DNA of 54,572 nucleotides, taken from NCBI GenBank assembly GCA_003614675.1, contig ML002262.1, positions 1 through 54,572 on the forward strand, given 5' to 3'. A program made the position numbers and the translations under genes. Below are positions 1 to 8,010 of this stretch, piece after piece (positions within the stretch are counted from its first letter, which is position 1; each line of letters starts with the position of its first letter). The stretch is from Dimargaris cristalligena (taxonomy: Eukaryota). Under the pieces are notes generated by a model that saw only the letters and a program-made list of their open reading frames with translations, ran no database searches and was not told where the DNA came from.

Positions 1-1375
1 TTTAATATTTTAATTTTTAAAAATTCAAATAAAAATTTTTAAAAATTTTTACACCGCCATATTGAAAAATTGATTTAAAGATTTTGCTCTTATGTTAAGT
101 AATATTACTTATATTCTCTTAAACTGTTTATAATTCTTCTTATCTTGTTTATCTTTGATAAATGGTTTAATCCTCCCCACCACCATTATGTAATTATGCT
201 GTTTTACGGTTGCCCCGTGAATATAATGATAAAATATAATTATATCACCCCTCGTTGTTATTACATTTATCACAATCACTAGGAACCGTTCCACCATAAA
301 AAAAAATATAAAAAATAACCGAAAAAAACTTAATGATGTAACAATGAACAATCAGTAGGAAATCAATAGATAGTCCAATAAACATGGTTTAAAAATTGTG
401 AACCCCCCACATTTATGTGTGTTTATATAAAATATCTAAACCTGGCCTGTACCTTAACTCCACCGTGCCGTACCTATAAATGGGTTAAAATTTAAAACAA
501 TAAAATGAACATGGATATGAAATAAATTGTATTTGTTCCAATATGTTTCGCCCCATCATTAACAAAAAATATATGAAAAATGGAAAATCAAAATTACTAA
601 AGTTACTTGATTAAATATTTATAAAAATGTTAAAGATTATGAAGGAATTATTTCATATTAAATTTATATATATAAGCGTTTTTAATCACATATTTATAAA
701 ATTAATTTATTTCCCCCAATACTTCGTATTGCTTTGTTGATTGGCTTTCAATTACCAGTATTTTGTACTTTAAACACATAAATGTGTTACTAAGATAATT
801 ATATCAAAATATGTTTATTCATTATTAACCGCCCTACGGGGGGTTCCCACATTTATGTGTGTTTATCGATACTTCGTATCATATCCCCGCCAAATCTACG
901 ATTGGCAACATATTTATGTAACATTTATACCATTATATTCAAAATCATAGATTGGCTAACATTCTGGAAATTAATAAAGTAAAAAGGAAAGGGGCAAAAC
1001 CTGGGTTTTTCTATTTATGAACATTAGGTAAAATATAAATAAAAACATAAAGGAGGAATATCTAATAAATCAACTAAATAGGACAAATTGAAAAATAATA
1101 CAATCATATATAAACCAATATGTACAAAGTACTGGCTTGTTTCCTACAGATATTACCATTATTAATGAAAATGTACTAAGAAATATAAACACACATAAAT
1201 GTGGGAACCAACAGTTAAGCAAATCTATGATTTGGGTAATTGCGTATCTGATATGGGAAAATTCTTTTTGTATTATTACCATTTTCAATAATATAATGGG
1301 ACCAAAATTAATATTTTATAATTGGTGGGTATGAATATATAATTAACTAAAAAACAATATTGAAAATATTGCTCC

Positions 1376-1390
1376 CCAATCTATGATTGG
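1376..1390. repeat. Representative dispersed mini-hairpin element CCAATC-TAT-GATTGG (dozens of copies and variants genome-wide)
   Basis: Copies or variants near 6381, 11263, 13728, 14539, 19617, 32702, 33226, 34838, 34942, 36102, 39581, 42680, 48875. Confidence 0.9.
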
Positions 1391-1859
1391 TTCTAGATAT
1401 GAAATAAAAACACCAATATTATAAATATTGTGGGGTACGAAGTACTGCAGATTGATAATTTAAATATATAGGATCATAATATACTCTACCCCCATATTTT
1501 TAATATGGTTTATCAGTTTATTATTATCATAAATTCATTCAGTACATATACAAAGTATGGGACCAAAATTTACTTCTTTTAAAAGGATATTATAGCAAAT
1601 CTAAGATTGGGATTGCCAGATACATTATAACATCTACGATTGGGAATATGGAATAAAAGTATTTTAATTATATTTACTGCACAATCTACGATTGGTTAAA
1701 GATAAATAGAACAATTCCATCAGTATAGCTTTTGCATGGGTCCTATGGTGGGAGATTGCCTGCAGACCAGTTCATTCATACTAAAGTACTTAAAATAAAA
1801 AATAAAAATTTACTTACAATATTAGAATGAATATGCATTCAATCCACATTTTAACTTAC

Positions 1860-1942
1860 GCCTACTTGGAGAAATTGGTAAACTCAGACGCTTTAAAAGC
1901 GCCGCATCTTTGATGTTGAGGGTTCAACTCCCTCAGTAGGTA
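1860..1942 (+). tRNA. trnL: tRNA-Leu(UAA)
   Basis: Cloverleaf, anticodon arm gacgc-tttaaaa-gcgcc, long variable arm, GTTCA T-loop. Confidence 0.92.
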
Positions 1943-1946
1943 AATA

Positions 1947-2027
1947 GAGAAGTATGGAGTTTGGATCTCCAACCTTTCTGTAAAAAAGGCGGTAATACCA
2001 TAAAGGGTTCGAATCCCTTACTTCTCA
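1947..2027 (+). tRNA. trnY: tRNA-Tyr(GUA)
   Basis: Acceptor gagaagt/acttctc; ccttt-ctgtaaa-aaagg; long variable arm. Confidence 0.92.
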
Positions 2028-2075
2028 AGTAACACAATGAATTTATATACGCTTTGATCTGATAATATCTTAAAA

Positions 2076-2148
2076 GAGGGAATAGCTTAATAGGTAGAGC
2101 AAACCGCTCATAACGGTTAAAGTAGAAGTTCAATTCTTCTTTTCCTTA
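2076..2148 (+). tRNA. trnM: tRNA-CAU (Met, or lysidine-type Ile)
   Basis: aaccg-ctcataa-cggtt anticodon arm. Confidence 0.88.
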
Positions 2149-2149
2149 A

Positions 2150-2220
2150 GGTGAATAGGTGTTAAGGCTGCACATAAGGCTCATGATCTTAAAGAGATAG
2201 TTCAATTCTATCATTCACCC
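2150..2220 (+). tRNA. trnM: tRNA-Met(CAU), possibly initiator
   Basis: ggtgaat/attcacc; taagg-ctcatga-tctta. Confidence 0.85.
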
Positions 2221-2286
2221 AATTATATAACCACAATATTGAGTTACTTAGTAACTTTAATGCTATTTTTATACTAAGCTAAATCA

Positions 2287-2358
2287 GACTCCATGGTCAA
2301 ATGGTTAAGACACAAGATTTTCAATCTTGTAATGCCCGTTCAATTCGGGTTGGAGTTA
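2287..2358 (+). tRNA. trnE: tRNA-Glu(UUC)
   Basis: caaga-ttttcaa-tcttg. Confidence 0.93.
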
Positions 2359-2371
2359 TTAAAGTGCATTC

Positions 2372-2442
2372 AGGATTATAACTTAATGGTAAAGTAGCCA
2401 ATTGATAATTGGTTGATAGTGGTTCAATTCTACTTAATCCTA
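2372..2442 (+). tRNA. trnI: tRNA-Ile(GAU)
   Basis: gccaa-ttgataa-ttggt. Confidence 0.93.
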
Positions 2443-2526
2443 AATTCGGTTTTGACCGTTTACGAGACGGCAACTAGAGACTCGACAAATCTCGGCTTTC
2501 TTTAAGCTACAAAACCTGTTTCGTTT

Positions 2527-2597
2527 GGCTGGATAACATAATGGTAATGAGCAAGATTGCAAATCTTGATATAAGAGTTCAATTCTCTTTCTAGCCT
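2527..2597 (+). tRNA. trnC: tRNA-Cys(GCA)
   Basis: caaga-ttgcaaa-tcttg. Confidence 0.93.
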
Positions 2598-2625
2598 CAA
2601 CCAAGTCATAAACGACTTGCCCCAT

Positions 2626-2698
2626 GGGAATATAACTCAATTGGTAGAGTAACAAACTTTTAATTTGTATTATTTGGGTTCAAGTCCCAATATTCTCA
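2626..2698 (+). tRNA. trnK: tRNA-Lys(UUU)
   Basis: acaaa-cttttaa-tttgt. Confidence 0.93.
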
Positions 2699-2701
2699 AT
2701 G

Positions 2702-2774
2702 GCTTCGATAGCTCAACTTGGCAGAGCATAGGGCTGAAAACTCTAGGGAAGATGTTCAAGTCATCTTCGAAGCA
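2702..2774 (+). tRNA. trnF: tRNA-Phe(GAA)
   Basis: taggg-ctgaaaa-ctcta. Confidence 0.93.
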
Positions 2775-2836
2775 AACAATCTATGATTGGTTGGAAAGGT
2801 ATCGAAGCAAACAATCTATGATTGGTTGGAAAGGTA
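2767..2836. repeat. Perfect 35-bp tandem duplication (tcgaagcaaacaatctatgattggttggaaaggta x2) between converging trnF and trnM
   Basis: Units at 2767-2801 and 2802-2836; mirrored in the right TIR. Confidence 0.9.
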
Positions 2837-2893
2837 ATCGAAACCTTATTAACCGTTTATGATACGGCTGTTTTACCTTTAAACTATCCAACT
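2823..2893 (-). tRNA. trnM: Third tRNA-CAU (Met/Ile)
   Basis: gccgt-atcataa-acggt; A1:C72 mismatch. Confidence 0.85.
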
Positions 2894-2921
2894 TACTTGC
2901 CCCAATTATTAATGATCTTAC

Positions 2922-2994
2922 TTTGGATGGAGAGATTCGAACTCCCAAATGATGAAACCAAGATCCATTGCCTTACCTATTTGGCTACATCCAA
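2922..2994 (-). tRNA. trnQ: tRNA-Gln(UUG)
   Basis: ttggatg/catccaa; atgga-tcttggt-ttcat (C33). Confidence 0.88.
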
Positions 2995-3069
2995 ATTACG
3001 GATCAACATCTACAGTGCTGCTCTTTTATCATCTTATATTATTGATTTATTTTTATTTCTTATTTTAAT

Positions 3070-3140
3070 GCGAGTATAGGTTAATGGTAGACTCTCTTCC
3101 TTCCAAGTAGATTATGCTGGTTCAAATCCAGCTACTCGTA
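3070..3140 (+). tRNA. trnG: tRNA-Gly(UCC)
   Basis: gcgagta/tactcgt; loop cttccaa. Confidence 0.9.
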
Positions 3141-3161
3141 AACGGTTAAAACCGGATCTAT

Positions 3162-3233
3162 GGGGATATAGTATAATTGGTAGTACACACGTTTTGCATA
3201 CCTGTAGCAAGAGTTCAAATCTCTTTATCTCCA
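3162..3233 (+). tRNA. trnA: tRNA-Ala(UGC)
   Basis: ggggata/tatctcc with G3:U70; loop tttgcat. Confidence 0.92.
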
Positions 3234-3283
3234 AGGCGCCCGCCAAATCCTAGCGCAATTAATTACCCCACTTACGGTGTGGT

Positions 3284-3367
3284 GGATAGATGACTGAATT
3301 GGTTTAAGGTATCTTACTTGAAATAAGAAGGTTTATTACCATCTGGGTTCAAATCCCAGTCTATCCG
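3284..3367 (+). tRNA. trnS: tRNA-Ser(UGA)
   Basis: tctta-cttgaaa-taaga; long variable arm. Confidence 0.92.
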
Positions 3368-3391
3368 TTCGTTCGATGGCCACTGTTTTGT

Positions 3392-3465
3392 CGGATTGTA
3401 GCGTAATAGGATAACGAGTCCGGTCTGGGCCCGGAAGATTGCTAGTTCAACTCTAGCCAATCCGA
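3392..3465 (+). tRNA. trnP: tRNA-Pro(UGG)
   Basis: tccgg-tctgggc-ccgga (C33). Confidence 0.9.
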
Positions 3466-3507
3466 ATCTGAAAAATAAATCAAACCAAATTCCATTGAAC
3501 ATTTATA

Positions 3508-3617
3508 ATGTTGCTGAATACATTTTTAACCTATTTAATATTTACTCCCTTATTTATTATATTATTATTAAGTATTAATTTATTTTTACCTGTTAATAAA
3601 CCGGATTTTGAAAAATT
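3508..3617 (+). pseudogene. nad3: Truncated 5' copy of nad3 at the inner edge of the left TIR
   Basis: [36 protein letters not shown], identical to the start of nad3 exon 1 up to the TIR boundary. Confidence 0.85.
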
Positions 3618-3641
3618 TAAAAGAAAAAATAAATATAAAAT

Positions 3642-3713
3642 GTTATAATAGCTTAATGGTAAAGCCAATCACTGTTAATGATTATTATCTGGGTTCGAAT
3701 CCTTGTTATAACG
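3642..3713 (+). tRNA. trnN: tRNA-Asn(GUU)
   Basis: aatca-ctgttaa-tgatt. Confidence 0.92.
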
Positions 3714-3731
3714 ACAATCTATAATTGGCAA

Positions 3732-3802
3732 GGGAAAATAATTTAATGGTAAAATCTTGATCTTCAAAATCAATTATATAGGTTCAAATCCTATTTTTCC
3801 TG
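3732..3802 (+). tRNA. trnW: tRNA-Trp(UCA), reads UGA
   Basis: ttgat-cttcaaa-atcaa; agrees with TGA at conserved Trp sites of cox1 and nad4. Confidence 0.92.
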
Positions 3803-3913
3803 TATAATATAAATAATAATTAACTTTATTATAAATATTTATACCATTAATCTTAGATTAATTAATTTTTTTCACTTTCCAAAAGATGAATTTACTCAGT
3901 TTATATATTTATT

Positions 3914-4177
3914 ATGATATTAGGATTAACATTATATTTTATAGGTATATATGGTATAATATTAAATAATAAAAATTATTTACAAATATTAATCTGTATA
4001 GAAATTTTATTATTGGCTGTAAATATAATTTTATTAACTTTTTCTTTAAATAATGATGATATAATTGGTCAATTATTTGCTCTTTATATAATTTGTATAG
4101 CTGGTGCAGAAACAGCAATAGGATTAGCTATATTAGTAACTTATTATAGATTAAGAAATTCTATTCTTATTAGTTAA
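3914..4177 (+). CDS. nad4L: NADH dehydrogenase subunit 4L
   Basis: 87 aa; IEILLLAVN...DDIIGQLFALYII.IAGAETAIGLAILV.YYRLR. Confidence 0.97.
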   Translation: MILGLTLYFIGIYGIILNNKNYLQILICIEILLLAVNIILLTFSLNNDDIIGQLFALYIICIAGAETAIGLAILVTYYRLRNSILIS

Positions 4178-4198
4178 TATTAAAGGATTTATGTATTT

Positions 4199-4240
4199 AT
4201 TATGGAAATGTATATATAATTAAAGATATAAAAATTTATG
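4199..4240 (+). promoter_or_regulatory. Conserved leader/promoter-like motif, copy 1 (attatggaaatgtatatataattaaagatat...ATG)
   Basis: 39/42 identical to 50268-50309 (minus strand); 22/24 identical to 33241-33264. Each copy precedes an orphan ORF. Confidence 0.6.
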
Positions 4241-5090
4241 AATTTAACTAGCATATTAAGTCTATTAGAAGTATTACTTTCATTTTTATTTTGATTTTTC
4301 TTTACCAGCAATATAATATATTGGTGTGGATTATCTTATTCAAAATATTTAAAAATTCTACAAATAATTTGTATTGTGAGTTTTATAATATTATTATTAA
4401 TGCATTTATATATTGGTTCGAAAAATTTTGAATATGTTTTATTATTAAATAACGATAGTAAAAATACTATAAATAATACTATAAATATTTTAAATATTTG
4501 TATGGATAAAAATTCTGCTAAATTAATTGGTAAAAGGCATTATTAAAAATAATGGGGTTCAAATATAGGATTAGGTGCAACTGTAGCAGGGGTTGCTGCT
4601 GCTGTAGCTAAAAGTGTTAGCAAATCTTCTTTACCTCCAATTCAAAAAGCAAGTATAGTAATTGGTGGAAGTTTAATTGGTGGAGCTATACATATGGGAG
4701 CATCTATTATTAATAAAGCCCCTCAATGTCAAACATCAGGGGAAAGTTATAATTTAAATATAATAAAAAATCTATCAGATAAAAATATTAAGAAATTTAT
4801 TGAAACTGATACCCCATTCAATGAATGGCAGATTTAATATTTGTTATTGAAACTATAAATGGAGTATGTTTTATGTTAACAATAATTTTAATTATTCAAC
4901 CTATCCAATATTTTATTGGGATAAAAATATTGAATTAAATTTAAGTAAATATTTTGGTAGTAGTATTAATAATAAAATAAATTTATATTTAAATAAAAAA
5001 GTCATTATATGACTGAGTCATTAAACGTACTTTGAATATATTTATTAATTTTAATTTTATTTATCGGATTAATGTCCTCGAATTATTTCC
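4238..5090 (+). pseudogene. Frameshifted orphan membrane protein with glycine-zipper region
   Basis: MNLTSILSLLEVLLSFLFW... then GSNIGLGATVAGVAAAVAKSVSKSSLPPIQKASIVIGGSLIGGAIHMGASIINK and hydrophobic C-terminal segments. Broken by frameshifts and a hairpin insert near 4900. Confidence 0.65.
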
Positions 5091-6720
5091 CATTAATTAC
5101 ATTAATGTTCTGGATTGATTTATTAACGATCATATAAATTCTTAATTTTATCTTCTTATTATATACAGCTTTTTTGGCTGAAATGTTATTAATTGATTTA
5201 TTATACTTTTATTACAAGAATATATTTTTAATCAAGCTCTATTTATTATTTATATTATGAGCTATATTTTTCTTTTATTATTTTATCAGTTCTTCGTATT
5301 TTACTATTCTTTCTGGATTAAACCATAATTTATTTACCAAAATCAATAAATCTTCTTTGTATTAATATTTAACCTCATTATATTAATTTCATTAATGTTA
5401 ATATTGGGTCTCTGAGGAATCTATTCATAATTGTTATTATTTTGGTTTCCTACCCAATATTTTCAATATTGTTTATTAAATTTTTACAGTAAAAATCCCA
5501 ATTATTTCATAATTGTTAGCTAACAATTAAGGAGTTTCTAGTATATAGTGATATTTTTTTTTTTACAGCTATTATTTACTTAACTGTAGCCAAATCTTTA
5601 ATTTATTTACCATATAATTCATATTTATCATAAAATCTAATGCTATATAAATCCTTGTATCAATAACATTGTTATTCCTACATAGTCAATATCTTCTTTA
5701 AAAAATAATAAAACTAAAAATGAAAAACTTATGAATATGTGATTAAAAAGACTTATTTTATTACTTACCGAATCCCCAATATATGATTGTGGGTAGAATT
5801 ATTTATAATATCAATAATATATATATATTTGTATATATGATATTAAATTTTACAATCATATAAAAATTTTTAATTGTGGGTTCGAATCCTTGTTCATAAA
5901 ATTTCAGTTAAACCTTAAAAATATTGATATATTATAGAATTAAATATAAATGAAGAAGAATATAAAATTATATCATAAAATTATTTTTATTATAATGCAG
6001 AGTAAAAATTTAAGATAATTTGATCTATGGTGGTCATAATATAACTGAATATAAATAATAAAAGGAAATTGTTTTTAATATTGTTTAATTCGATTATGTA
6101 TAGAAATAATTGTTATTATCTGTAATATTTTTATATTCATCAGTTTACTAAGATATAACAGGATCACAAATCGTAGATTTGGCTTAGTTATAATTATTAC
6201 ACTTTTAGTTATTATAACTTTTTTTAAAATAATTTATAGATTTGGTATCTTATTACTCTAGATATTCCTACTAAAAACACATTTATGTATTGTACCATAT
6301 ATGTTCTTTACCAATTTTAATATAAATTTTACCCAAATTTGATTAATTAAATTATTTGCAATTTAAAATTAAAGTATTACCCAATCTATGATTGGTTAAT
6401 CAATTTAGGAATTAGAATTTGAACCAATAATAAACGAATATGTTCGAATTGTTATTGACCCAAATCTTAGATTTGTTGTGATAAAGGAATCATTATGTAA
6501 TTTAATTATAATAAACCTAATAATTCTAACAAATAAAAAAGATTATTGCACATCTTCGATGGGTGATTGTAGCTAAATACATTTATTAATATTTTTAAAG
6601 TTATGATTTAATTAAATAATATTTTTTATCCTGATACATAATATTGGTGTTTAATGATAAATTCATAAAAAAATCTATTGTTTTATTGTAAAATTTAATA
6701 ATGTGCATTATTGTTTAATT

Positions 6721-6975
6721 ATAGGAACTGTATATTGTTTATTATCAATTTTAAAGGCCTTTTTCTCGAATTTAAATGCAAATCCTAAAATTAATACTAA
6801 AATAATACTAGCAAAATTATTAAACCATATAGATCGTTAGCATAAGTACTAACTACATAAGGATATACTAATAATATTTCTAAGTCAAATAATAAAAATA
6901 ACAACGTAAATATAAAGAAAGATATATTAAATTGAGTTCTATTTTTGCTTAGGAATAAATGAAATCAGGGTCATT
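6721..6975 (-). pseudogene. nad3: Degenerate second nad3, Pezizomycotina-like
   Basis: FHLFLSKNRTQFNISFFIFTLLFLLFDLEILLVYPYVVSTYANDLYGL...LGFAFKFEKKAFKIDNKQ. Confidence 0.85.
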
Positions 6976-7009
6976 ATAAATTAAACATTATTATAATCAA
7001 TCCTAGATT

Positions 7010-8010
7010 AGGTAATACTTTATCATTCTTGGTGGGTAAAAAATAAATAATAGAGTAATTAATGTTAAAATTTAAATTATAATTTTTATTGGATAATAAT
7101 ATATGGTTTATAAAAGAATATTTGTTTTACAATATTTAGATAATAAATTGCATTGTGTAGCAGTTATAGCTACAATAGATATGAATATATATCCATTGTT
7201 AATAATTAATGATAAAATCATTTGTTTTGCAAAGAATGCTATTAATAATAACTGGTATACTTACTAATGCACAGAATTTATACTAAAATAACCTTTAAGT
7301 TGATCCTATATAATGGGGTGAGTTATTTTTATCTTTGAATATATTTATTAATTTTAACTTTATCCAGAGACGAAGTATTTTGTATAACCTATAGCTATTA
7401 AAATAATAAAATATTGAGTATTGTATTAGATAGAACCAATTTATAAGCAAATAGTCTTTTTATTATAAATTGGTTCCCACAATTAGAGATAAGAAAGAAT
7501 ATGATTATAAATCATGGTTCAATTATAAATTATATTTGTATTACCCATTTATATTATAAATGTTTTTATCTCGATATAGATATTTTACTATAATAGCTAC
7601 AAATGTTATTGTTACTGTAGATATAGCATCATAAATATCAGAATTTCAAAAATAAAAAGGAACTACACCCATATCTTATATGTAAATCTTATAGAGCATC
7701 TAAGATGTTTTGATATCTTGTATTATCTTCATTAATATACCTAATAAAAATAATATAATCCTGCTGATATTGATGATTCATAATTTCCAGATATTAAAAA
7801 TATCTTATTAAAATTTTTAAATATTGTTACAATATATAATAAAAATATTAATAATATTCCTCTCAGTATCATAGATACTTTATAATTGAATAATTTATTT
7901 GTTTTATTATTATTATTATATGAATAGAAATTTATTAAATTTAATATTATAAATATTTGGATTAAGTTATCTATATGTAATAATCCATTAAAAATAGATA
8001 TAGCAATAAT
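7010..8010 (-). pseudogene. nad2: Degenerate nad2, Pezizomycotina-like
   Basis: Collinear fragments GLLHI, RNYESSISAGL, GVVPFYFWNSDIYDAISTVTITF, QFIIKRLFAY, DQLKGYFSIN, FFAKQMILS...NNGYIFISIVAI, with many frameshifts. Confidence 0.85.

Larger units (their letters stand above)
4..3617. repeat. Left terminal inverted repeat (TIR), ~3.6 kb
   Basis: Position x pairs with 54573-x throughout (mirrored ORF track). Identity breaks at 3618/50955. One mismatch seen (761 vs 53812). Confidence 0.98.

Noticed and set aside
1720-1782. GC-richer stretch as 5S rRNA or rnpB
   Set aside because: No diagnostic motifs. The minus strand has tctgcaggcaatct as in cox1 intron 4, so it is more likely an intron remnant.
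2767-2836. Repeated palindromic units as a CRISPR-like array
   Set aside because: Only two adjacent copies with no spacers. The dispersed hairpins are irregularly spaced and there are no cas genes.
2823-2893. 5' tRNA editing of the chytrid/Acanthamoeba type
   Set aside because: Only one clear 1:72 mismatch; other acceptor stems pair at positions 1-3.
109-3502. Short ORF-track ORFs in the TIRs and their mirrors at 51071-54464
   Set aside because: They overlap tRNA genes or hairpin-rich spacer and have no recognisable motifs.
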